DNA of 64,000 nucleotides, taken from assembly GCF_006345805.1 (NCBI RefSeq), contig NC_043016.1:2852001-2916000 (forward strand). The letters run 5' to 3'. The notes below the pieces were generated by a model that made no database searches, was not told the DNA's origin, and saw only the letters and a program-made list of their open reading frames with translations. Made by a program: the position numbers and the translations under genes. Positions within the stretch are counted from its first letter, which is position 1, and each line of letters begins with the position of its first letter. Shown piece after piece: positions 24,149 to 37,170 of the stretch. Source of the stretch: Octopus sinensis (lineage: Eukaryota).

Positions 24149-26299
24149 GTATATGTATTACATGCACTCTCATACTTTATAAAGAGGACAGAGAATAAGC
24201 TACGCACAAGAAGCAAAGTGTGAGGAGAAACAGAGGAAATCGATTCTTTAGATAAGGGAAAAGGAAATAAACTGGGAGTGTAGGTGAAAAATCGTAGACT
24301 GCGGTTTCAGTTTGTATTCTCAAGCTAACGTAGTTACTTGTACGTAATTCCCAGCAATGCTGGAAACTGCAGCTAAGTCACTCCCACACCACATTATTTT
24401 AGATGCAGAAATGATACAGAATTTTTTCAGTCGAAACAATCAAACAAAAGAAAACAACAGTACTGTTTCGGTTGGGATGTTTTTAATAAATCTGTTCAAC
24501 CAGATCGGACATTAGGGCTTATAATTACTGGCTTACAGAGAATAGAGTCTCTCCATGTTGCCTTGACCTGTCAGAAACTGCAGCCAAATTTTCCTTAAAT
24601 GAAAGCATAGCGTCTTGAATAACTTCGACTATATAAGATAATGCAACGAAATTTCTAATGCATAAAAATAGGAAGAAATGTGATGCCCATCTGTGGAAGG
24701 CTTTTAGCTTTAAATAATATATTAACTTTGATCAAGGTGGATCTGGGCTAAACACCAACATCAATATTAATATCAGTAAATTAAAAAACAATATCATCAT
24801 CATCAACAACAATGACTGAATGTCAATCCCATGAAACTTAAAATGTCCCAGCAATGCGTGAATTTTCACCGCCCAGTGTATTCTTCGAAAGTGCAAATCC
24901 ATACGAGAAAATGATGAGCAATAGATGAATGATGTTCTTCGTGAATTTTGCTTTGTGCTTGAAAAATCAGCGTAAAACTTGTTTGAATAACCTACCAAAT
25001 GAAAGTTAAAATCATCGTCGAAATATATAAGCAGATTGGCCAATAAATAGCTTTAAAATCATTCATATATGAATAAAATGGGTTTCCATGGACAATTGTA
25101 TAACAATTGTCATCCTGCGTCTGTAGAGAGGCATTTCGCCAGTAAAATGTTATTTCTCACTCAAATATTAATTTATTGGCCGCAGCCTCAAAGCTGAAAC
25201 ATATAAACGAATAAAAGGATAAAAGGATAATAGATATTGTTTAGATAATGACGATCCATCAAAAGCTTATATATGTTAGCCTAATTTACGAATCCTTTAT
25301 ATAAAAACTGATCTGTGCTATTGGTTGGTTAAGAAATCTGGTCTTATAATTTCTGCACGGAGGAAAATGTAACCATTCTTATGCTTATTTAACCTACAAT
25401 GAGGTCTTGATCTTACATATTTGATATATGCTTTTGTTTAACCTCTTTCAGGCTGCGTATGTTGTTCAAGGAAAGTGCCTTTAAGGGATAAGTGTAACAG
25501 AACGGTAGATATAATTATTTCGTTGTAATTTCAACTCGTCGGTGCCGTCTACTCGTGTCACTTTTGAAACGAATTCCAATCGTGCAGATAGCGTATGCTT
25601 CAGATGGGCAACAGCACCGCACAAGTAAAACTAAATTAAATTTCGAACTAGACACAGATCTCATAATATAAACATTATTGATATCACATATACATCAGAC
25701 CAGCGATTTGAATTCGTCTCGAGGTTGATTCGCCTATTCGATACCGACGAGTTGAAATACGAGCAAAGTATCAACATCTTTCGATATCGTTAATCTACAG
25801 GGCGATTCGTTTCACTTGGTTTGGGGGATATACAGTGCTTTTTAACACTGTACGTCTTAAAGAGATTTTGTCTGGACAACATACTGCATACTATATGTGT
25901 TTAGACAACACGCATACATTAATTTTGAGATATCAATGAAGTTTACATTATTAGAGCTGCTTCTAACTCAACGTTTAAATTTAGGTTTCTCTGATTTACA
26001 ATGTGTTGTAAATAAATAGATTATACATACATGCGTACATACGTGAATACACACATACATACGTACATACATACACAGATACACACACACACACTTTTAA
26101 AGGGTATCCAGGAACAGGAAATATCAACCAAATTTCGGATGCACATAAAGGGACAGAGACGCAGGAAAAGCAGAAAAATGTGATAATTGACACAGACTTT
26201 GTGGAGTTAACACCAAAGATATTATCTGCATTATAAGCAGTGGTCTGCAAATGCCATCCCAGTATTATCTACCGGTATTATCCCGGTATTATCTACCGA

Positions 26300-26600
26300 T
26301 GAAACATTATGTTGTAGCTAGGACACTGTAGAACGAGATCCGTCGAAAGGATAACCCCAAGGACAAAGAAATAAGAATCCACAGTATGAGGGAAGTCCAT
26401 TGCCACTCATGATAAAAATGAAAACTGGTGGAATATCCCAATCCAAACCTCAGTAAAACGTAAGCACAGCAGACCTGATATAATGATTTGTGATAGAGAA
26501 CAGAAACCTCACTGTTGTGGTATTCAGCTGCCCAGCGGATGTTAACATAAAGCTGAAGATCATTGAGAAAGAGAACACCTATGCTGAACTATTCAGAAAT
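26300..26600 (+). mobile_element. RLE-type LINE endonuclease remnant
   Basis: WWNIPIQTSVK..HSRPDIMICDREQK..FSCPADVNIKLKIIEKENTYAELFRN. Confidence 0.65.
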
Positions 26601-27547
26601 CCATACTTTATCTATAATAATAATTTGCTTGTTTGTAAGTTTGTCCAAAATCCCGCAATAAGTGAGTAGCAGTCACTGTAAGTAAGAGCCAAAATGGGAA
26701 GAGACAAAATGTTAATAACAATGAGAGGCAGTGGTATCAAACAGCACCTCACGCCCTCTCTTTCTCTCTCGACAAAAACCTTTTCATTCTATTGATGAAC
26801 GCTCTCTCTCTCTCTCTCTCTCTTTCTATCTACAGACGCACACACTCTCTCACTCTCTTTCTCTATTTCTCCCATTATCTTTCTCTCTCAACAACATTTT
26901 CATTTTTATTCGATAAATGCTAATTTTTTTCTGGTAAACATTAATAACAATATATAAGATAAGTAAATAGGATTTTTGCAACTCAATTTTTTTTTTTTTT
27001 GTTTTTTGTATCTCTATGGCAGTTTAACTGTTCTGAAAGATTTTTCTATTTAAAAAGTTGCAAAGTTAATAGAATATAAGATAAGTAAATAAGTAGTAAT
27101 TTTTAAGTCATAAAATTAAAATATTGTCTATTGAAAGAAAGCTTGATAATAGTGTCTACTCAAAGAAAGCTAAATTTAAAAAGAAGATAATTGTAAATAT
27201 TTACAAATACTTGCTGATGCAGTGATGTTTGTAAATATTTATGAATGAAGAATTTTGCCCAGGCGGTGAAATTTGTCTTCAAGATCTTTTTCCATCTCAG
27301 GTGGTAAAGAGTGTGAAAGAGAGAGAGAGAGAGGGAGAGAGAGAGACAAACAGACAGACAGAGATAGAGAACGTTTAAGCGTGCTGGAATGATCTCTGTG
27401 TATATGCCGTTAATACTGTGTAATTTTGGAATTTGTATCGTTACGTATAGAAATATAAACAAACTAACGTATACACACACACACAAATATACTCATTTGT
27501 TTTGAAGTGTGTGTTCCGTTGTATTAAATATACTCACCCACCTGCTA

Positions 27548-27990
27548 TGGAGAATAAACCAGACAGAAGGCGAGGGTGAGCCAGAGAAAGGCAAAGGCGA
27601 AGAACAGCCAGTCGCACCCAGGAAGAGCTAGACGCAAGAACGTTAAACAATACATTAAGGTTATTAAATCAATCAGAAGTCAGAGAAGAGAGACGAGCGC
27701 AAGAGGCAAGAAGACGTCAGAATGAAAAGAAGCACCTAATTGGACAAAAGAGAGATATCCAAAGAAAGAGAGAGAAAGAGAGAGAGAGAGAGCAACACAA
27801 AAACGCAAAGATGAAATAGAAGAGCAAGCATTATTGAGGAGAGAATATCTAAGAATAAGAGCATTGCAAAGGCAAAAAGATGAAATGGAAGAGGAAGCAG
27901 CACAAATGAGAGAAACCGAAAGAGAGAGAACATGGAGGAGAAGAATGGAAGAATTAATTAATATTGAAACGGACCATCCAAAACAAGGTG
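27548..27990 (+). pseudogene. R/E/Q-rich coiled-coil pseudo-ORF, possibly a Helitron N-terminal (STPR-like) remnant
   Basis: MENKPDRRRG*ARERQRRRTASRTQEELDART...EERRAQEARRRQ, then in a shifted frame EEQALLRREYLRIRALQRQKDEMEEE. Family assignment is by resemblance only. Confidence 0.35.
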
Positions 27991-28154
27991 AATTCATTGC
28001 TGGTAGGTTGTTTTTTTTTCATTACTAGAAACGTGGTGCTGAAGCAATTACTGAGATAAATGTTTTAATGTTTTTATTTCGATTTGATTATCATTTTCAT
28101 GCCGTCATTTCTGACGGCACGGTTACACTAGTTCAGATAATAAATTTAGATTTA

Positions 28155-28480
28155 TACTGGTAATTACTGAGGCACTGATATATGTAAAACACAGCCTTAA
28201 TACCAATCTTGAGAAATTAGGATTCTCAAAACCGGTAAGGAGAAAGCTATCTCGAAGATTACAGATCCAAGCTATCACTGGAACTGTGAAAATCTGTAAA
28301 ACTTAGCAGAAGTTTTTCATGTAATTATATAAACAAAACATACAAAACTTCGCACATACATACATACCAAAAAAACCCTTCTGATGTTGTTGGAATTCCA
28401 ATGAAGAAGCCTTGGATCTAGTTTAGAAACCAGCTCTTTCTCTATTGGCTAAAAATCTTGAAATAAAATTGAACAATGAC
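28155..28480 (+). mobile_element. 3' end of an RLE-type LINE (probable continuation of 26300-26600)
   Basis: YVKHSLNTNLEKLGFSKP.RRKL.RRLQIQAITGTVKICK, then a UTR ending aaataaaattgaacaatgacatacat. Confidence 0.55.
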
Positions 28481-29049
28481 ATACATGCATACTTACTTAC
28501 TTACGTGCAATCTCACATACAAGGTTCATTTCATAACCTGCGTACAAAGAAATGTCATATTGGATGATATCATCTTTGGTCTACTCTATTTTTTGTCTTG
28601 GAAAATGCACGGGATGGTCACTGCTACAGTGTCCCTTTTCCATAAATGCTTTCAACAAGAGAAGACGTAATGCTAACCAAGAACTTACCATTGATCTATT
28701 TAATATAATTCGTGTTCAAATCTCAATCTAATCCTCGCTATCATATTAGGATTTGGATTCATAAAAAGATGTAGTTCTGGAATTCAAAAAGAAAAAAGAA
28801 AAGAAAAGAAATCATGCATAACCTCTGCTGACGAATTTCATCAAAGGCCAGATCGGTGTGCGCGGTCCTGGTTCTAACAAACAGCAATAATAAACATTTT
28901 GCTACCAAACAGGGGTCCTCTAATCACTCTACGAGCGTAAGAGAGGGAGAGGAAGAGGGAGAAATATACAGGTAGGGAAGAAAGCAGAGAGAAAACTGAG
29001 ATGTAAAGGTAGTGAGAAAAAACAGAGAGAGAGAGAGAGAGACGTAGAT

Positions 29050-29278
29050 GGTAGAGCTGGCAGAAACGTTAGCGTGCCGGGCGAAATGCTGAGCGGTATT
29101 TCGTCTGGCGCAACGTTGTGAGTTCAAATTCCGCTGAGGTCGACTTTGCCTTTCATCCTTTCGGGGTCGATAAATTAAGTACCAGTTACGCACTGGGGTC
29201 GATGTAATCGACTTAATACCTATGTCTGTCCCTGTTTGTCCCCTCTATGTTTAGCCCCTTGTGGGTAATAAAGAAATA
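29050..29278 (+). mobile_element. SINE family A
   Basis: Colinear with 7749-7979. Confidence 0.9.
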
Positions 29279-29339
29279 GGTAGTACAGAGACCGAAAGAG
29301 AAGGAAGGGTAATAGAGAGTGAAGTGTCTCATTGAACTG

Positions 29340-30240
29340 TATTACGGCTGCTGCTGCTGTTCATAGCGGATTTTCAGACCTGCTATCAGTTACACAGATA
29401 ACTACACTTAGCTATGCCGACGAAACGAAAGTAGTACAAGCAGTCAATAAACCTTCTAATGCTAGTCTTCTACAAAAAGACTTAGGTTCCATATATAAAT
29501 GGGTTGAGGAAAACAATATGCAATTTAATACGAGCAAATTTCAAGCCCTTCACTGGTCAGAATCCGCAACAACGATATTTTGGGCTAACAGGAGCGACAA
29601 TCCCAAAATCACATACGGTACGTGATCTCGGGATCAAAATGGGCAACGATGTCTCGTTTCACATGCATGTAAGCAAGATGGTGACAGTGTACAGGTGAAT
29701 GGCCTGATGTATTCTGAGAAACTTTTGAACAAGGGACCAGGAAACTATGCTGGTACTAAGGAGAGCATTTATCCTCAGCCGCCTGGACTACTCCACTCAA
29801 CTGCAGTCACCCTACAGTTCTGATTAATACTTGAACTTGAGGCAGTTCGGAGGCGTTACACAAGGAGGATTGCATCAATGGAGAGAGGGAAAGAAGTAGG
29901 ACTCTACTCTCTGGACTGGAAACGGGAGAAGCATGCAGTGATGGAAAATACTGGAACGGCAGGCACTAAACTGGGAGCTATAGCAGACCCCGAAGTGGAC
30001 ATAACTTCACTGTAACAAGCGTCTCATCTATCCCAACTAGAGTGAGGACAAGTACTGAAAAAGCTTAGGATACAAGGGCCCACAGCTATTTAACGCTTCG
30101 CTAAAACATGGGAGATCTTCATGGTGGAGTAGACGTTTCACCGAAACAACTCAATCTCTTGCTATACAAGGTTCCGGAAGAACCAATATCAAGGCAAGAG
30201 ACTCAAAGGTGACCAGTAGTATCGAGCTTCTGCATTCAAC
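29340..30240 (+). mobile_element. Decayed CR1-clade LINE 3' fragment
   Basis: LSYADETKV..LLQKDLGSIYKW.EENNMQFNTSKFQ; VRDLGI..NDVSFHMHV; LSRLDY; ELEAVRRRYTRRI. Confidence 0.8.
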
Positions 30241-30447
30241 AAAAGCTAGTCACAGAAAATTGGTCATTGAAAAGGTGATCACACAGGCGAAGCCCTAGCA
30301 TAGGCCACTGGATCTGGGCTAAACGTATAAAAGGACATATATGTAGGTATGTATATGTATGAATGCAAATATATATATACATACATACATACATACATAC
30401 ATACATACATACATACATGCATATATATATTATATATAATATACATG

Positions 30448-30508
<61 letters not shown>

Positions 30509-30602
30509 AAAATAATGATAATATGAAGGAATATTATTCCAAACTTACAGGGAAAAATTCAATTTAGAAATGCTAAATCAAATTTCACAAAACAATATAT
30601 AT

Positions 30603-30815
30603 ATACAGATGCAGCACGAAGCTTTGTCAGTGAACAGGTCGCAGTCTGAAAGCGACGAAAATATTTTGACAAATTAAATTTAAATGTTGAAGTGAATCTA
30701 ACGGTTTTTGTGTGTTTCTTAAATGGCTTACAAACACCTTCCACGCTGCAATTGTTTTCGTTCCAGCACACAATGTCAGATCAAGTCACTTGATATGCAA
30801 GTACATCTACGTAAT
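30603..30815 (+). repeat. ~210-bp dispersed repeat (PLE pLTR/retrozyme-like) carrying a hammerhead motif
   Basis: Reverse-complement copy at 45408-45608; flanked by (TA)n. Confidence 0.85.
30623..30673 (+). ncRNA. Candidate minimal type I hammerhead ribozyme (G3-C8 variant)
   Basis: Stem I tttgtca/tgacaaa (7 bp), core gtgaaca, extra g, stem II gtcgc/gcgac, gaa, palindromic stem III aatatt, then U17. Confidence 0.7.
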
Positions 30816-30980
30816 ATAAATATATATATGTACATATGCATGTATGTACTTGTATACATATATATATATATGTGTGTGTGTGTGTGTATGTATGCATGTA
30901 TTTGCATGCATATATGTATTTATATGTATGTATATAAATATATGTATGTACGTATATACATTATATTTAGAAATATATAA

Positions 30981-31386
30981 GAGTGACTGTGTGGTAAGTA
31001 GCTTGTTTACCAACCACATGGTTCCGGGTTCAGTCCCACTGCGTGGAACCTTGGGCAGGTGTCTTCTACTATAGCCTCGGGCCGACCAAAGCCTTGTGAG
31101 TGGATTTGGTAGACGGAAACTGAAAGAAGCCCGTCGTATATATGTATATATATATATATATATGCGTGTGTGTGTTTGTGTGTCTGTGTTTGTCCCCCTG
31201 GCATTGCTTGACAACCGATGCTGGTGTGTTTACGTCCTCGTTACTTAGCGGTTCGGCAAAAGAGATCGCTATAATAAATACTGGGCTTACCGATAGAATA
31301 AGTCCCGGGGTCGAGTTGCTCGATTAAAGGCGGTGCTCCAGCATGGCCGCAGTCAAATGACTGAAACAAGTAAAAGAGTAAAAGAG
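30981..31386 (+). mobile_element. tRNA-derived SINE family B with an internal (TA)n(TG)n and a (gtaaaaga)n tail
   Basis: A-box-like tgactgtgtgg and B-box-like ggttcagtccc. Colinear copies at 40963, 52493, 57725 and 59897 (minus). Confidence 0.9.
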
Positions 31387-32091
31387 ATATGTATGTATGT
31401 ATCTATGTGTGGATACATCCCTCACCATCATGCCGCCTCCGCCGCCGCCTACACTTCCTACGATCAACCTCTGTGATTCGTTCCTAACTTCTTGCTTCTT
31501 TCACTTCTGCCTCTTTTACTTTTCACTTCATCTCTTCTTCTTTCCCTTTCTATCTTTGGCCCCTAAAAGCGTTTTGCGACTCTATGTAAAACTATAAAGA
31601 AATACATTTGTTTTCTTTACAGCTCAATTACATCGTCCACTGACGGCATATGCTTCTTCTCACACACACACACACTCTCTCTTTTATTATCCTCTCGCTA
31701 TTTCCTTCTCCATTCATACCCCTCCTCCGCCTTCCTATACTTTCACATTCCCCTCCCTTCCCTTCTTTCCGCTCCGCCCTACTCGGCCGCCCGCAGCACG
31801 CTCTTTACCCTCGTCCTTCACCTTTCACCCTGCCCCGTCTCTTCCCTCTTATCGCTACTCTATTTTACTCTTACTCAGACTCATATTCATACATAGGGGC
31901 TGAAATTTAAAATGAAAAGCACTCCGCCCCCCCTTTCTACTTAACCTTTTTCTTTTGTTTTGTTGTAGATTTTCTTTATTTTTCTTTTATCAAATTTATT
32001 AATTTTTTTATCTATTTATTTCCAATTCCTTTCATTTCTCCGGTTCTTTTGAAGATCCACTAAATTATATAGTAAAACAGAATGCCTATAT

Positions 32092-32170
<79 letters not shown>

Positions 32171-32622
32171 TGATAGATGGATATATAGATAGATAGATAG
32201 ATAGATATAGATAGATAGACACATACATATATATAGATGTGTGTGTGTGTGTGTGTGATGGTATGAATGTCTGTATATCTATGTATGTGTATCTGCGTGT
32301 GTATGTGAGTATGTATGTGTGTCTGTATATTCCACATACGTGTTTATGTTATAACCTAATTGTCTTAAAAGTACCCTGGATATGACACGAATAACAAACA
32401 TCATTTTACATCCTATATTATTTACATCCATAGATATTAACAACAAGGTGATTTTCGCAAAATAGTATTTATTCTCTTTTGTTTGATTTTACCTTTATTC
32501 CTCTTCATATTCTTTTTATAGAGATTTACATTTGCTTTTATTTCTACAATTTTACTCTAATTTATTTATTCTCTGATATGTGAGTCAGAAACAGAAAATA
32601 ACTTTTTCAGAAAGGGCGAGTT

Positions 32623-33842
32623 GCACTTCTCAGGGTACCTTCACATTTCTTTGCACTTCTCAGGGTACCTTCACATTTCTTTGCACTTCTCAGCGTACCT
32701 TCACATTTCTTTGCAGTTTTCAGCGTACCTTCACATTTCTTTGCACTTCTCAGCGTACCTTCACATTTCTTTGCACTTCTCAGCGTACCTTCACATTTCT
32801 TTGCACTTCTCAGCGTACCTTCACATTTCTTTGCACTTCTCAGCGTACCTTCACCTTTCTTTGCACTTCTCAGCGTACCTTCACCTTTCTTTGCACTTCT
32901 CAGCGTACCTTCACATTTCTTTGCACTTCTCAGCGTACCTTCACATTTCTTTGCACTTCTCAGCGTACCTTCACCTTTCTTTGCACTTCTCAGCGTACCT
33001 TCACATTTCTTTGTACTTCTCAGCGTACCTTCACATTTCTTTGCACTTCTCAGCGTACCTTCACATTTCTTTGCACTTCTCAGCGTACCTTCACCTTTCT
33101 TTGCACTTCTCAGCGTACCTTCACATTTCTTTGCACTTCTCAGCGTACCTTCACATTTCTTTGCACTTCTCAGCGTACCTCACATTTCTTTCTTTGCACT
33201 TCTCAGCGTACCTTCACATTTCTTTGCACTTCTCAGCGTACCTTCACATTTCTTTGCACTTCTCAGCGTACCTTCACATTTCTTTGCACTTCTCAGCGTA
33301 CCTTCACATTTCTTTGCACTTCTCAGCGTACCTTCACATTCTTTGCACTTCTCAGCGTACCTTCACATTTCTTTGCACTTCTCAGCGTACCTTCACATTT
33401 CTTTGCACTTCTCAGCGTACCTTCACATTTCTTTGCACTTCTCAGCGTACCTTCACATTTCTTTGCACTTCTCAGCGTACCTTCACATTTCTTTGCACTT
33501 CTCAGCGTACCTTCACATTTCTTTGCACTTCTCAGCGTACCTTCACATTTCTTTGCACTTCTCAGCGTACCTTCACATTTCTTTGCACTTCTCAGCGTAC
33601 CTTCACCTTTCTTTGCACTTCTCAGCGTACCTTCACATTTCTTTGCACTTCTCAGCGTACCTTCACATTTCTTTGCACTTCTCAGCGTACCTTCACATTT
33701 CTTTGCACTTCTCAGCGTACCTTCACCTTTCTTTGCACTTCTCAGCGTACCTTCACATTTCTTTGCACTTCTCAGCGTACCTTCACATTTCTTTGCACTT
33801 CTCAGCGTACCTTCACATTTCTTTGCACTTCTCAGCGTACCT
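32623..33842. repeat. 30-bp minisatellite (ttgcacttctcagcgtaccttcacatttct), ~41 copies
   Basis: Exact 30-nt periodicity with rare variants (tcacct, cagggt) and two small indels. Confidence 0.97.
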
Positions 33843-34856
33843 CAGAGGAAGAGACAAGTTAAGTGAGGGAAAAAAGACGAAAAAGGGAATGGGAGAGAAA
33901 GAAAGCTGTGTTCGACGTCTTTTTGGTGTCCTGTACACATATATGCGTGTATATGTACATGTAGAGGTAGGTACGTACATATATGTTTATATATATGCAT
34001 ATGTTCTATTTTATTAACATATTATACGACTAAACGCACGCACCCTATTAAGTAAGATTGTTCTGCTTATCAAGTTAGCCTTGATATTAACTCTCACGCG
34101 ACTCTGCATCTTTCTTTCTTTCTCTCCCATTCCCTTTTTCGTCTTTTTTCCCTCACTTAACTTGTCTCTTCCTCTCTCTCTCTCCCCCTCACCGTTCTTC
34201 ATGGTCTCCTCGCACCATTCCCCTTCTTCTCTCTCTTCCTCTTGCTCCTCCTCCCCCATTCCCGTCGTCCATCTGCGACGATACTTCCGTCGTAACTGCT
34301 ATCCTGTCTTTTCTCGCCCGCCTTCTAAGGCTACTGGTCGACTTTCTTTCTCTCTCGTCGTCCACTATAATCCAGCGTTTGCAATACTTTTTTCGTCTGG
34401 CGTTAACAGCCCTTCTTATCTTGTTCTCCTTGTCCTGTCTCTCACTGTTATATATTTATTTTTCCACTGTTTATATATATATTTTTTTACTGTTTATATG
34501 TTTGTACTGTCGTTACCGTCTTGCTTTTTTTACCCCTCTGCGAAAAGATCTCAGAATTTTAATTGATTTGCTTTTCGCAGGAAGGAAGTTTTCTTCGAAG
34601 TATACGTCTCGCTTTTATCCTTCGAAACGTTTAGTAGATGAAACCTTAGCGACTGAAGAAGGGGATTTTTCGTTGTGCTTATTGTCCTGTATCTCTTTTT
34701 TTGCTTGTCTTGTTCCTTGGTTTGTGTCTATGTTTTTCGTCTCTCTATGTGTTCGACGTCTTTTTGGTGTCCTGTACACATATATGCGTGTATATGTACA
34801 TGTAGAGGTAGGTACGTACATATATGTTTATATATATGCATATGTTCTATTTTATT

Positions 34857-34910
<54 letters not shown>

Positions 34911-35559
34911 CACTCAGACGCACAGACGTACATATATGCATACATGTATACACAGACCTATATTTTTATACATATACACACATATACTCACACACATTTA
35001 TACATACATACAATGAGAGATTATAGCTATCTATAATAAGTAAGACATCTCTCATGTCTTTGTTTATGCGTTGATGCTCATAATTTAAATTATCTATGCA
35101 TACATATATACATATGTGCACACACACATATATATATATATAAATGTATGCTCACATATACATACGTTCATATAAACACATACGTACCTACGTAGATATA
35201 TAGCAATTTATACATGCACTTAGTATAGCTTTATATAATATATATAGATATAAATTCAGATGTGGCATGAAGCTATATTAGCATAATCAAGATATAACAA
35301 ATAAATAATGGATAAATTATACACTTAGAGATTAGAAACCGCAAGCCAGATTATCAAATATATTTCTTACTACTGAGATGAAGACTACAAAGAATTCCTA
35401 TTTAGGAGGTTTATTATATAGAGTAACGAATATCTCAAACGATACTTAGATAATCTACACAACTACGTTAGGAGATATATGTAAAGTTATGGAACGCTGC
35501 TAGAAGTAGATTGCACAACAGGTTTTAAAGTATGCAAATATACCTTTAATGTTATGTAA

Positions 35560-35950
35560 ACATTTTAATGTTAGCTCTCACAATTTATTGAGGACATTGC
35601 CAGGATATTTAAAAATTCCCCACAATTCGGTGCAGCAAAGTGTGTACATCAACTTGTCATTTGAGTTTAGTGATTTTTTCTTATAGTGTTCCAGGTAAAG
35701 TAGTATTAAATATTTTAATCTTTCAATTCACGTATTTTCTCTGCGAGTGACGTAATACAAGCGTTATCTCGATTTTGAAAGGAAAAAGAATGGTCGTAAA
35801 ACCTATGCGTTAAGTTAAATGTGGTTGAACCTTTTAAATTAAAAATATTCATATCAGTTATTACATCACAGTTATATACAATATTTTTCGTTACATATGT
35901 GTTTTTAGGAGGACATAGAGATGTATTGTTATAGTTACACAATCTAGGGG
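35560..35950 (-). mobile_element. Penelope-like GIY-YIG endonuclease remnant
   Basis: CNYNNTSLCP..KNIVY.CDV..KGSTT..RFYDHSFSFQN...TSLAEKIRELK matches the C..C..CP...K.VVY...GST...RF..H..SF pattern. Confidence 0.7.
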
Positions 35951-36684
35951 TGCTAGTATTACTAGTGCTACGGTAAAGAGGGTTGGTTATAACCAGAACT
36001 AACAGGCATTTCTAAATTATTCATGGTATACCATGAACCTTTTGTTTTGCTGTGTACGTGCTTCTTGTTTCCTGTTCATCCTGATGGATTTCCTGTTCAT
36101 CCTGACGGTCGTCGCCGTGATACACTTTAGTGTATTTGAGTCGCGGTGAGGAGCTCCCGAAATGGCCATTGACGTATTTGAATTGACCTTGTGTAAGTCT
36201 GTTTGCTCATGAACTCTAACATACAATGGTTTTAAAAAATTAAATTTTGGAGTACTTTGTGTGATGGGAGTAAAGAAAACTTTTTAAATAATTTAATCGT
36301 TTGATAAAACAGTTTTAGTCGTTTGATATTTTATTTTATCTTAGTTAATTAGTCTTTTGGTAGTAGAATTTTTATGAATTTTGTAGTCGTTTTTATTTAC
36401 CTTTTGATAGGCCGTTCTATTAGTATTTTATTCGAATGTGTATTTTTCCTTCTGTGTTTTCATGTACATGTATATTTTTTTATATATTTAAAAACCATGG
36501 TAATATTTATATATGATGAAATATTTGGAGGAATGGTGTTATATATAAAATCGTTGACTCGAATGTAATGTTTGTTCTATGATCAATGTTTCTTTATCTT
36601 TGTCCCATTTACACTTCAGCACTTCTTTTTTGCAGTCATATAAACCCTTTTGTTTTCATAAAAAGAGACAAATATTATTTCTTG

Positions 36685-36744
<60 letters not shown>

Positions 36745-36946
36745 GTTATCTCAACACACTTCTTATGAAGTGTCTTGCCAATTTCAGGAACTTGATCTTC
36801 TATATAGCACAATGCAATACAGAGTTGTCGCAATCTTCCGTTGTGGTTCACTATGGAAGACCATCTAACGCAGAGGTGACAAATAGCCACCATAATAACA
36901 AGTATGTTCGAACAAATGATATTAAGTTTATTATAATTTCTGTTTA

Positions 36947-36960
36947 TTGTTATTATTATT

Positions 36961-36991
<31 letters not shown>

Positions 36992-37009
36992 CTGTTGTTG
37001 TTGTTGTCG

Positions 37010-37079
<70 letters not shown>

Positions 37080-37093
37080 CATTATTATTATCA

Positions 37094-37136
<43 letters not shown>

Positions 37137-37170
37137 CATTATTATTATTATTATTTTATTATTATTATTA
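36947..37170. repeat. (TTA)n/(TTG)n microsatellite
   Basis: Seen directly. Confidence 0.95.

Noticed and set aside
32580-34017. 428-, 413- and 224-aa ORFs, and a possible CRISPR-like array
   Set aside because: Pure 30-bp tandem units with no spacers; the ORFs arise because the unit lacks stops in those frames and they switch frame at indels.
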